Below are positions 1 through 8,192 of a stretch of DNA of 50,347 bases, in pieces. The stretch spans positions 1 through 50,347 of the IMG/VR virus record IMGVR_UViG_3300045988_092645; one strand, given 5' to 3'. The DNA is from a virus. The position numbers and the translations under genes were made by a program. Position 1 is the first letter of the stretch, and each line of letters opens with the position of its first letter. The notes under the pieces are model-generated. The model did not search any database and was not told the origin of the DNA. It saw only the letters and a program-made list of their open reading frames with translations.

Positions 1-55
1 AAAATCATGTTTTAATTCCATGATTTCCTTCCCATGTATGTTTATTTCATCCCAT
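1..55. repeat. terminal overlap, copy 1 (identical to 50293..50347)
   Basis: 55/55 nt identity between the window start and end. This indicates a circular or permuted assembly. Confidence 0.95.
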
Positions 56-267
56 TGTTTTTGCTGTGATTTACTAACGTGTTTTTTATATTCTTCAAAA
101 TCCCTGTTTTGTTTCTCTAATTCTTCTGTGAGCTTTCCCATCTTAACTATTAGTTCTGTCATTTGTTTTGTATTTTCATTTAATGGTTTATATAGTGCCG
201 TAAACAAACCAACTATTGCTGTCAATGCTACTACACCATATCCAATAATAAGACTATCATCAATCAT
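1..267 (-). CDS. membrane-anchored coiled-coil protein upstream of the holin (N-terminal 89 codons; the gene continues across the contig junction to 50245)
   Basis: ATG at 267 is preceded by AGAGGTG. Translation MIDDSLIIGYGVVALTAIVGLFTALYKPLNENTKQMTELIVKMGKLTEELEKQNRDFEEYKK... has one N-terminal TM helix followed by a coiled coil. It stays in frame through position 1 and continues at 50292..50245, giving 104 aa in total. It is missing from the ORF track because it is cut by the window edge. Confidence 0.6.
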   Translation of the reverse strand, partial: MIDDSLIIGYGVVALTAIVGLFTALYKPLNENTKQMTELIVKMGKLTEELEKQNRDFEEYKKHVSKSQQKQWDEINIHGKEIMELKHDF

Positions 268-353
268 ATAAACACCTCTATTATACATATATACATAAAA
301 ATTTATAAATCTTATATGCAAGAAAACTTATCATTATGCTTTACCAAACTTAA

Positions 354-608
354 TTACTCGACTTTCTTCCTTACAATAACACCATTATAACAAGTTCTCC
401 CTACCTCTTGTTTTTCTATATTCTCAATTTGTTCTGGCTCTTTTATACAAGATAAATATACAGGTTTTCTATTTTCCATAATTGCAACGGCTAACTCTAA
501 ACCATTATATAAACCTATCATATAATCATCGTGTACACCTCTTAGACTCTGTTCTTGTGCATCCTTTACTCTTTTTAATTCAAATAATTTACTATTCTTA
601 AATATCAT
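354..608 (-). CDS. hypothetical protein
   Basis: Track ORF 354..650. The ATG at 608 (MIFKNSKLF) has an AAGGAG RBS. Confidence 0.5.
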   Translation of the reverse strand: MIFKNSKLFELKRVKDAQEQSLRGVHDDYMIGLYNGLELAVAIMENRKPVYLSCIKEPEQIENIEKQEVGRTCYNGVIVRKKVE

Positions 609-678
609 TTCTACTCCTTCTTTGATTCTTCTTCGCTTAATTCTTTCCATCCTTCGTTTGTTCTATGCAATCACAACT

Positions 679-1872
679 TTAAACTGATTCTGTTGATTTG
701 TATGTTGCTTTCATCCATGTATTATAGTTATTCTCAATAATTGTTAATGGATAATTTGTGGAAAGAGATTTATAGGCTTGTATTTGTTCTGGCATCAAAT
801 CTATTTCTTCTGGTGTTTCAATTTGGAATATTCCTTTGCAACCACCTATTGAAGTAAAATATTCTATTGCATCTTTATTTACCGGTATTCTAATTGATAA
901 TTGTTCTCCATAAGCTTGACCATGTGCGGCAATCGCTAATGTATCATTGTTCCATGTAGTTCTCCCAATAAATATTGCCCGTGTTATGAAACCAGAACCA
1001 GTGTTATACGTTACTGACTCTAATAATGGTTTAATATTATTATTATCATAAGAATACCTTGCCTCTTTTGTATTGGTTAACAAATTACTATACGTTGATT
1101 GCTTTACTTTTGTAAAATCAATTTCTTTGCACATCCTAACCAGTTTCCCACGCTCCACATCCACATAATCTGCAATATACTGCTTTCCGTCGATTGTGAC
1201 ATTTCCACCAGATGTTACAGGAATAGCGTTCAATGTGTATGGGAGAGTGACGGTCTGAGATTTTGTTCCATCTTCATTTGTTACTTTAACTGTAGGATTC
1301 ACAACGCTCTTAATCTCCTGTGAATAATCTGGTGATGGAGATGGCTTTCCACCAACATAGGGTTCATATATTGGTTTTGTTCCAACTCCTAAACATATTT
1401 TAGATTGGTCAAAATCAGCAAGCAAATTCTGTATATATTTCGCATCAATTGTTAAAATATGTCTTTTTGAAGTACTACCTTTATCAACTCCAAACAAATT
1501 ATTTTCTGTTTTATCTTCGTTGAAGAATTTAAAATTACCACCTGTAGCTGGAGTTCCGTCTGTAGCCCAAAATACATTCGAACCTTTTGGAATTGAAACT
1601 TCTACAAAATCTGAATATCTAGTGTTAGGGGGAAATAAATTTATGCCTTTATACTGCTTCTGTTCACTCCATCCATACATATTAAATTCTGTTAATACAT
1701 TAGCAAAACTACCTAGTTTTGGATTGCTCAACATCAACCTTGTTCCCTCTTCTGTTTTCATAACATATTTGTCAGCTAATCCAAGGCTACCATAAATTTT
1801 GTTATTCGGGTCTAACATTATCATATCATTACGACCATATATTTGTTCATTATTTCTATTATTTTTAATCAT
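679..1872 (-). CDS. putative receptor-binding / tail-fibre-like protein
   Basis: Track ORF 679..1911. It contains a PSPSPDYSQEIKSV-type linker and NLF motifs like those seen in Bacillota prophage fibre proteins, and it sits just upstream of the lysis cassette. The start is uncertain. Confidence 0.35.
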   Translation of the reverse strand: MIKNNRNNEQIYGRNDMIMLDPNNKIYGSLGLADKYVMKTEEGTRLMLSNPKLGSFANVLTEFNMYGWSEQKQYKGINLFPPNTRYSDFVEVSIPKGSNVFWATDGTPATGGNFKFFNEDKTENNLFGVDKGSTSKRHILTIDAKYIQNLLADFDQSKICLGVGTKPIYEPYVGGKPSPSPDYSQEIKSVVNPTVKVTNEDGTKSQTVTLPYTLNAIPVTSGGNVTIDGKQYIADYVDVERGKLVRMCKEIDFTKVKQSTYSNLLTNTKEARYSYDNNNIKPLLESVTYNTGSGFITRAIFIGRTTWNNDTLAIAAHGQAYGEQLSIRIPVNKDAIEYFTSIGGCKGIFQIETPEEIDLMPEQIQAYKSLSTNYPLTIIENNYNTWMKATYKSTESV

Positions 1873-1885
1873 ACTATCACACTGC

Positions 1886-2110
1886 CTAAAAATCAACACT
1901 TGCAACTTCAACGAGTCCTTCTTCTACCGCTGTAACCTTAACAATGTTTGTTGCTTCACTTGTTCCACTTTTTCTATCTTCTATGTTATTAAATACACGC
2001 TCCCAACTTCCTGCACCAATTATACTGTAAGATTCATTGTCTCCAAGTTTTACTGTGATTTGATTATCTGTAAAATTCTTAACCAAAAACTGACTACGTC
2101 TTAATGACAT
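1886..2110 (-). CDS. hypothetical protein
   Basis: Track ORF 1886..2119 (GTG). An in-frame ATG at 2110 overlaps the stop of a 20-codon upstream ORF (2101..2163) that has an AAAGGAGG RBS. Confidence 0.45.
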   Translation of the reverse strand: MSLRRSQFLVKNFTDNQITVKLGDNESYSIIGAGSWERVFNNIEDRKSGTSEATNIVKVTAVEEGLVEVASVDF

Positions 2111-2240
2111 AGTAAACACGGTTTGTATACCAGCAGAACAATTTTTTGTTGCACATCTTTCATATTATATTACCTCCTTTTTTATTCCACTTGCTATTGT
2201 TCATTTTCTCTGTTCTCCTTTCCACATTTCACATTAAACC

Positions 2241-2319
2241 TTATCCTGCTCTACTATTTGTTTTTTGTTCTTTTATATCTGCTACTGTATAATTATCTAA
2301 TGCATACCACAAGGCACTA
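2241..2319 (-). CDS. terL: terminase large subunit, exon 3 of 3
   Basis: Reads (F)SALWYALDNYTVADIKEQKTNSRAG*. This supplies the conserved TerL C-terminal H-x-x-[DS]-A-L-[RW]-Y-A motif that is missing from exon 2. Confidence 0.75.
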
Positions 2320-3277
2320 CGATATATTGACTTGGCTTTTTATCCATGTCCTCTTATAGTTGTCATTCCTACAAGTCTAGCATACCTATTAACTTTTTAT
2401 AGTTTAGACTACGAACTTTATACTTACCTCTTACTGTCCAATTATGCTGAATAGCTTGCGTGATATTTACTTTATTGTCGAAAAATCTTCTTGCTTCACG
2501 ATTTGAATAGAAATAGAATTTTTGCTTTGTTTCAATATCAGTTATGACAACAGATTGTAGTTTTTGTTTTCTGTTTATTTTTAGCACACGGCTTAAATCT
2601 GAATCTTCTAAAATATAATATTCCATAACCCGTGTATTAATGCCTCTAACAGTTCTATTTATTGCTTTTCCGGCTTCATCCAACGAGCTAAACTTGCCTA
2701 TGTACTGTAATCTGAAATCATACACACAACATTCTGTGCCATGTATTCCCCACATATTATATTGTGTTATGTGATTTTCCATATTGCCTTTCCTATCAGT
2801 CCATCGTAAATTGCTATACTTGTTATTTGTTTTGTTTGTGTCTATATGGTCAATCTCATTATATTGCTCTGAATGTCCAGAAACAAAACCATATCCAACT
2901 AACCTATGAACAAAACATTTTTTCCACCTTCTCTCACCTTTTAACTTTAAGGCTACTTGTTTATATCCTGTGCTGTTATAACTTTGTTTTAGTTCATTTC
3001 CATCTTTTCCATAAACATTACCATATTTGTCTACTTCGTAAATATCTAATACCTGTTCATAATCCTTTGCTAATGTATTTACTTTCTTCCTCTCATACAT
3101 TACTGGCAAACTCCTTTCTTAAATCACAATGGCTCTTGGGAACATTATTCTTTCGTCAGTTCCTATGCGTTGTGCGTGTCATGCGGCTATACGCTCCATA
3201 ACTTCCGCTCGGGTTGGCATCTCAGCTTTTCCCGTTTTTCCATCGTTTTATACACCCCTAGTCTTGTGGTATTTTTA
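2320..3277 (-). mobile_element. group I intron 2 in terL, carrying an HNH homing endonuclease
   Basis: P1 pairing: exon ACACCUU with intron GGGGUGU, with U.G at the splice site. The intron ends in G. The 5' part is a GC-rich structured segment. A GUAGUCUAAAC element is shared with intron 1. The exon phases restore the TerL frame. Confidence 0.7.
2369..3100 (-). CDS. HNH homing endonuclease (intron-encoded)
   Basis: YGNVYGKDG...YKQVAL N-terminal module plus EIDHIDTNKTNNKYSNLRW (HNH_3-type). The ATG at 3100 follows an AAAGGAG RBS. Confidence 0.85.
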   Translation of the reverse strand: MYERKKVNTLAKDYEQVLDIYEVDKYGNVYGKDGNELKQSYNSTGYKQVALKLKGERRWKKCFVHRLVGYGFVSGHSEQYNEIDHIDTNKTNNKYSNLRWTDRKGNMENHITQYNMWGIHGTECCVYDFRLQYIGKFSSLDEAGKAINRTVRGINTRVMEYYILEDSDLSRVLKINRKQKLQSVVITDIETKQKFYFYSNREARRFFDNKVNITQAIQHNWTVRGKYKVRSLNYKKLIGMLDL

Positions 3278-3504
3278 AAGGTGTGAGCATCAATATTAAA
3301 TTGGTCATATATTGGTTCATCCTTCGTATCCTTTGCATAAACTAAATCTTTTAGCTCTATGATTGTGTTTACACAACGAGGCGAACAGACAATCTTTTTA
3401 AACCTCTTTATTTTCTTTGTGTTTTGTAATCTACTACCAATGTACTTTTTGCACTTCTTAACATAAAAACCTTCTTGCCTGTAATACTGAATTGTTTTAG
3501 GTTC
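3278..3504 (-). CDS. terL: terminase large subunit, exon 2 of 3
   Basis: EPKTIQYYRQEGF...CSPRCVNTIIELKDLVY...FNIDAHTF matches the TerL nuclease-domain pattern DSAEPksI...C.NT..EL..Y. Confidence 0.8.
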
Positions 3505-4343
3505 CAATATATTCTGCATAGGTCGCTACTCTATACACGTTCTCTTATGAACTGCTTATACTTTCATATAAGTTTAGACTATATCTTAGCATTTCTGCCC
3601 CATGCTTTTCCACACGCTTATGTGTACTCTACTTACTTCCATTATATTTTGGATATCTAACATAATGTGTTTTCGATAGTCGTTGAATAGCTTGTTCTTT
3701 CGTTAGTTTTTGATATGAAAACAAATATCCTTTGTGTTGTCTTTCAATTCCTCTACATACATTTGCAACATGACTTCTATTAAATCCATCATAAGACGCA
3801 TCTGCTGTTGATTTATAATTACAAATATAATTACCATCTAAATCATATTTGTAAACCATCTTCGATAAACTCCAATCATTATTTTCCTTTGGAGTTACCC
3901 AACACAGATTGTCTGCATTATTATTTTTTCTGTTTTCGTCTTTATGATTAACATATTTTCTTTTTGATGTTTCTCCTTTTACAAAAGCCTTTGCGACTAA
4001 TCTGTTTACTCTAACATAATTTACTTTGTTATGTTTTGTTGTAAGAACAACATTCAAATAACCACCTGTTTTCTCATACTGCTTTAACTCTTTTCTATGA
4101 AAGACATCTACAACCTTTCCTCCATTTGTTCTGAGAGAAAATACTCTTCCATCATAAGAAACATAATATCCATCGTTTATATGCTCAAACCCTTTTATTT
4201 TATTTATTTGTTTCACTTTCATATCAAAATCCTCCGTTTACTTTAAACTACTACTGATTACCCAATCCTTAAAATTATCACGCTACGGTATTTAAGGCTC
4301 TAAGGGCTTCCCAGTATTTAACATGGTTAAGTACCAAAAATTT
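3505..4343 (-). mobile_element. group I intron 1 in terL, carrying an HNH homing endonuclease
   Basis: P1 pairing: exon AGUGCU with intron GGUACU, with U.G at the splice site. The terminal nucleotide is G before GAACCU. The conserved S element AAGAUAUAGUC is at 3577..3587. Hairpins AGCAU/AUGCU and CUUAUA/UAUAAG are present. Confidence 0.8.
3629..4222 (-). CDS. HNH homing endonuclease (intron-encoded)
   Basis: YYVSYDGRVFS module plus VNHKDENRKNNNADNLCWVTPKENN (HNH_3-type). GGAGG RBS. Confidence 0.85.
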   Translation of the reverse strand: MKVKQINKIKGFEHINDGYYVSYDGRVFSLRTNGGKVVDVFHRKELKQYEKTGGYLNVVLTTKHNKVNYVRVNRLVAKAFVKGETSKRKYVNHKDENRKNNNADNLCWVTPKENNDWSLSKMVYKYDLDGNYICNYKSTADASYDGFNRSHVANVCRGIERQHKGYLFSYQKLTKEQAIQRLSKTHYVRYPKYNGSK

Positions 4344-5387
4344 AGCACTATCACATATAATTGGCTTATCTAGTGCGATAGACCTATCTTTCACCTTTTG
4401 TACATCATCCCTTTTGGAAAACTTATCATCAGTTATATTGTTCATATATACTTCATCATAAATATATAAAACCTTTTCTTCATCATCAACACAACAAGAG
4501 ATAAGTGCATTAAATGATGTTTCAAAACCAAAGTCAAAACCAAAGAAATGAAATTTTGATGGAATCCTATGTACAACTGCCTTAAACTCTTTTGCATTTG
4601 TAGCAACTGTAAAATTCGGTAACACTTTTGTTCCATTTGCTCCAAACTTACCAAATCTGGCTACTTGATACAATGATTCATCAATATATTTTAATTCCTC
4701 AAGATTATCTATATATGATTGTGGCAAGAATGGGTTGTCATCAACTGTACTATGATGGTAGTAAACACCATTCTTTTTGTTTACTAATGTTTTCCGTCTG
4801 TATAACTCTTCTTCATCCTGTATAGTCTTCTTAATAATCTTGTCTTCCTTCTTTTCTGTATGTGTAAAGAATAAATCATACACCCAGTTTTCCCTGCCTA
4901 CAGGATTACACGTTAATATAAAATGCAATGTCATATTAGGCTGTCTGACACGTCCTAATACCTCTGTGTAGGCTTTGTAATTTAATTCAGAACATTCTTC
5001 CATCCAAACGATGGAAACTCCATGTATGGACTTTATCTTCTCTGTATTGTCCATTCCTCTGAATATGATTCTGCTACCATTCGGAAAGCGTACCTCCATT
5101 GGAGACTTAACAAACACTATTTTGTTTTTGTCTTTGTCTTTAAATGATAACAAATCCATATCACTAACTATTTGTTTTAATATTTCAAAACAAGAATCCT
5201 TTATCGTTGTAAATACATTTCTTACAACTAGACAAGTACGTTTTTCTTGTAATAATTTTAACACTATCTTCTGTGCTGTTGCTTGGCTCTTACCACTACC
5301 ATAACCGCCAATTACTAAATATTTTTCATAATCCCAGTCCATGATATAGGATGAAAACCTTTCTGATATTTTTACATCAATATCCAT
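4344..5387 (-). CDS. terL: terminase large subunit, exon 1 of 3 (ATPase domain)
   Basis: Walker A GGYGSGKS, Walker B VWMEECSE, ends ...PIICDSA. The last 21 codons of the track ORF (KFLVLNHV...) are read-through into the intron. Confidence 0.85.
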
Positions 5388-5477
5388 CTTTGTTCTCTAC
5401 CTACCTCTACATAGTACAAAAAGCAATGTAATGATACTTTATATTCGCACCTACTACATTGCTTTCTGTCTATTAAT

Positions 5478-5505
5478 AGTATATCATATTATTTTATTTT
5501 GTCAA
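5478..5505 (-). promoter_or_regulatory. sigma-A-type promoter upstream of terL
   Basis: -35 TTGACA (5500..5505), 16-nt spacer, TGaTATACT extended -10 (5478..5483). Confidence 0.55.
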
Positions 5506-5509
5506 GGGA

Positions 5510-5842
5510 TTATTTTAATAAATCCAAAATCATATCTAAAATATCACCTGCTTCTTTATCTCTTCGTTTCATTTCTTTCTCTGTACGCATTCCTGTATCT
5601 ATTTCTATCTTTCTTAATGCTGTTGAAATAGACGAAATGCAATCATCTAACCTTGCAACATGACCCCTGTTCAAATTAAATTCCTTTCTTTTATCTATCA
5701 GGATAAATGCTGTCTCCCCTATTGTTGACATTATAATACCATTCTGAATCTGAATGTTATTAAGTTTCTCGATGATAATATCTTCCTTTGTTTGTTTTGT
5801 TTCCTGTTCTTTTCTTTCTTCTCTGTTTTTGTTTTCTTCCAT
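5510..5842 (-). CDS. hypothetical protein
   Basis: Track ORF with an AAAGGAA RBS. The termini are charged. No motif recognised. Confidence 0.55.
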   Translation of the reverse strand: MEENKNREERKEQETKQTKEDIIIEKLNNIQIQNGIIMSTIGETAFILIDKRKEFNLNRGHVARLDDCISSISTALRKIEIDTGMRTEKEMKRRDKEAGDILDMILDLLK

Positions 5843-5888
5843 TTCTTTGTTTCCTTTCTTGATTAATATTTTATTTATTTGTTATAAA

Positions 5889-5962
5889 TGGAAAGTGTAG
5901 GAATCGAACCTACGACCTGTCGGTTATGAGCCGAGTGCTACTACCATCTGAGCTAACTTTCC
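5889..5962 (-). tRNA. tRNA-Met (anticodon CAU; an Ile2/lysidine identity cannot be excluded)
   Basis: Cloverleaf: acceptor GGAAAGU/ACUUUCC, anticodon loop CUCAUAA, T arm GUAGG-UUCGAUU-CCUAC, discriminator A. The D stem has one mismatch. Confidence 0.85.
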
Positions 5963-5965
5963 TTA

Positions 5966-6037
5966 CTGGGTATGTTGGATTTGAACCAACGTATCTAGGA
6001 GTCAAAGTCCTATGCCTTACCGCTTGGCTAATACCCA
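5966..6037 (-). tRNA. tRNA-Gln (anticodon UUG)
   Basis: Acceptor UGGGUAU/AUACCCA (U1:A72), anticodon stem UAGGA/UCCUA, loop CUUUGAC, T arm GUUGG-UUCAAAU-CCAAC. Confidence 0.85.
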
Positions 6038-6073
6038 TTATGACGGTTTAACCTATTCCACCGACAAGGTGTG

Positions 6074-6313
6074 TTATTCAAAGTTTCCTGTCTCAAAGTA
6101 GTTCCATAATTTATCAAATCCAACCTGTGCATCCTCTGTTGTTTTTACTTTCGTGTCTAATTGTCTGTCAATTAGATTTTGTTCGCTTTTGTGTTGCCAT
6201 GCTATCGGTTCAGCGTTCCAATCTGCACATACCGAATAGCTGCACCCTCTATATTCATATTCGAGATATTTTCTATTTTGGAATATGTATAAACCGATAT
6301 ATTTTGCTTTCAT
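6074..6313 (-). CDS. hypothetical protein
   Basis: Track ORF with a GGAGGAAAG RBS. Confidence 0.55.
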   Translation of the reverse strand: MKAKYIGLYIFQNRKYLEYEYRGCSYSVCADWNAEPIAWQHKSEQNLIDRQLDTKVKTTEDAQVGFDKLWNYFETGNFE

Positions 6314-6351
6314 AATTTCTTTCCTCCTAAAATTTTGTTCTTTCTGATTAC

Positions 6352-6380
6352 ATCATAACACAATGTTTTGTTTTTGTCAA
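6352..6380 (-). promoter_or_regulatory. sigma-A-type promoter
   Basis: -35 TTGACA (6375..6380), 17-nt spacer, TGtTATGAT (-10 at 6352..6357). Confidence 0.6.
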
Positions 6381-6411
6381 CAGTTTAATAAATAATTTGT
6401 TCATCTTTTTT

Positions 6412-6648
6412 TTATACTGGCAGTGCCATTTTACAGATACCTAAATCAACAATTTTGACACTATCACTTTTAATGATTTCCTGTACATCTTCTTTTTCTA
6501 ATGGTTCATATAACAATTCTTTCCATGTTGTTTTTATATCTAACTTTATTTTATTATAGAACTTTTCCGCTTGTTCTTTTGACATATAATCACTACGTTC
6601 TACATACCCATTGTCATTTCCAAATCTTACCTCAACATCGTATAACAT
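6412..6648 (-). CDS. hypothetical protein
   Basis: Track ORF with an AAGGAAG RBS. Confidence 0.55.
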   Translation of the reverse strand: MLYDVEVRFGNDNGYVERSDYMSKEQAEKFYNKIKLDIKTTWKELLYEPLEKEDVQEIIKSDSVKIVDLGICKMALPV

Positions 6649-6695
6649 AATATTTACTTCCTTTCTTTTTTGTTCTCTCTTATTAACTTATATTT

Positions 6696-6723
6696 ATTAT
6701 AACATAATATCTTAATATGTCAA
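6696..6723 (-). promoter_or_regulatory. sigma-A-type promoter
   Basis: -35 TTGACA (6718..6723), 16-nt spacer, TGtTATAAT (-10 at 6696..6701). Confidence 0.65.
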
Positions 6724-6757
6724 TACCTTTTTAATAATTTGTTTTATAATTATTCAC

Positions 6758-6788
6758 ATAATAAAACAGGCACCCTAAACGAGTGCCT
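6758..6788 (-). terminator. intrinsic terminator after yhhQ
   Basis: Stem AGGCAC/GUGCCU with a 9-nt loop, followed on the minus strand by GUUUUAUUAU. Confidence 0.6.
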
Positions 6789-6794
6789 ATAACT

Positions 6795-7400
6795 TTAATT
6801 ATTTAATTTATTTATGCATCTTTTGGTTAATGGAAACAGTACAACCTCATACATTGTTTCAATAATTGTAGCACCAACAGTCATTAGCAAAACATCTTTA
6901 AATTCCATGATACCAATAAAAGCTAAAAAGCTAAAAAGAAAGTTATCTAACAGTTGTCCTACAACTGTGCTTGATATTGCTCTAAAAAACAAACTGCTTT
7001 TCTTTTTAAAGTCTGCCATAATCTTCACATTAACGATTGACCCAACACTATAAGCAATAAAGCTTGAAATAACTATTCTAAAAGTTGTTCCCATAATTGT
7101 TGCAAAGGCTTTTTGGTTTTGATAAAAACTAGCCTTTGGAATATAAATACTAATAACGCCTAGAATTATCATACAGAAGTTCATTAGGTAACCAAACAAA
7201 ACCATATTTCTAGCTTTCTTGAACCCATATGTCTCCGTATAAATATCTTGAGTTAAAAATACTAATGGTGAAACAAGAATCCCTGTTGTTACTGAGAAAA
7301 TAAATACACTTATGTTTTTTGTTGCAAGCACATTTTGAATAATTACACCTGCACAATACATTGCAAAAATATACTTTTCTACTTTTGTTTTAATTTCCAT
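6795..7400 (-). CDS. yhhQ: 7-deazaguanine precursor (preQ0/preQ1) transporter, YhhQ/VUT family
   Basis: Multi-TM protein alignable by eye to E. coli YhhQ: FLTQDIYTETYGFKKAR, ISSFIAYSVGSIVNV, STVVGQLLDNFLFSFLAF. The ATG at 7400 follows AAGGAG and overlaps the dpdA stop. Confidence 0.8.
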   Translation of the reverse strand: MEIKTKVEKYIFAMYCAGVIIQNVLATKNISVFIFSVTTGILVSPLVFLTQDIYTETYGFKKARNMVLFGYLMNFCMIILGVISIYIPKASFYQNQKAFATIMGTTFRIVISSFIAYSVGSIVNVKIMADFKKKSSLFFRAISSTVVGQLLDNFLFSFLAFIGIMEFKDVLLMTVGATIIETMYEVVLFPLTKRCINKLNN

Positions 7401-8169
7401 TTTTAGTCCACTCCTTATCATCTTTTGATTTATTTTTTTGAGCTTGTATCCAGCAAGCTAAATTATTTGTGTTGAATGTTTGTCTGTCTATTCCTCTGTT
7501 AGCCATATTCCTTTGTAGTAAATGACCGTTTTTATATGTATACCATGTTCCATATCTAGCACCAGATAACCAAGCAGTACTGTCCACGCTATCAAATGGC
7601 ACTGTAGTATTATTAATATTACTTAATCGAGTATAGGCTAACCCATGTACATGACAATCGTTATTATGAGCAATCCTAAGTAATTGCCTTAGAGTTTTTG
7701 GATTCTTTACATATTCATCTATGCCTTTAACAATTCCACTTGCGGCAATCGCAATGTAGTCATACTCTTTACACATCTGCTTATAGTAATCAATGCCTCT
7801 AATTGCATGAAATACTGGTATTGTTTGTTTACCTGTTCTCTTTTCTATATACTGTCTTATTTTTATTGTCTCTTCTACACCAACAACATGGTCTAGGTCT
7901 AACTCTATAAACTGTTTAATGTCATACTTATTTATAAACTCTATGTAAGAATCTACGTAGCCTTTCCAGTTTACTTTCTTCCCGCTGTTCATAAATGTAA
8001 ATGCACCAGAGTCCAACAAGAACTCTTCACAGCTATTTAGATAGCTTTCCACCTTACTATCTTTCCATGCTCTCATATCATAATATGTTTGAAGTAAATA
8101 CCTATTCCCTTGTGTTTGCATTTGCTTTAACTCAACTTTACCAATACTACCTGCTAAGTATATTTTCAT
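7390..8169 (-). CDS. dpdA: DpdA-like DNA-guanine transglycosylase (TGT superfamily)
   Basis: LLDSGAFTF (cf. TGT DSGGFQ), ELDLDHV, HVHGLAYT, PFDSVDSTAW (cf. FDCV). At 259 aa it is too short for a tRNA TGT. AAGGAG RBS. Confidence 0.6.
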   Translation of the reverse strand: MKIYLAGSIGKVELKQMQTQGNRYLLQTYYDMRAWKDSKVESYLNSCEEFLLDSGAFTFMNSGKKVNWKGYVDSYIEFINKYDIKQFIELDLDHVVGVEETIKIRQYIEKRTGKQTIPVFHAIRGIDYYKQMCKEYDYIAIAASGIVKGIDEYVKNPKTLRQLLRIAHNNDCHVHGLAYTRLSNINNTTVPFDSVDSTAWLSGARYGTWYTYKNGHLLQRNMANRGIDRQTFNTNNLACWIQAQKNKSKDDKEWTKNGN

Positions 8170-8192
8170 GATATACTCCTTATTGTTTGTTA

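Noticed and set aside
1-55. The 55-bp terminal repeat as a genuine physical direct terminal repeat of the virion DNA.
   Set aside because: It falls in the middle of a coding sequence that reads through the junction. Its length equals a common maximum assembler k-mer. It is more simply explained as a circular-assembly artefact, although true termini cannot be determined from the sequence alone.
272-353. Promoter for the lysis cassette (TTGCAT ... TATAAT-like strings upstream of the junction-spanning gene).
   Set aside because: The spacing between the only -35-like hexamer and the TATAAT is ~30 nt. The region is so AT-rich that -10-like hexamers occur by chance.
5510-5842. The 110-aa ORF immediately upstream of terL as the small terminase.
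   Set aside because: Position is the only argument. There is no HTH or recognisable TerS motif, and a promoter separates it from terL. It is left as hypothetical. The weak TerS-like candidate is 10277..10780.
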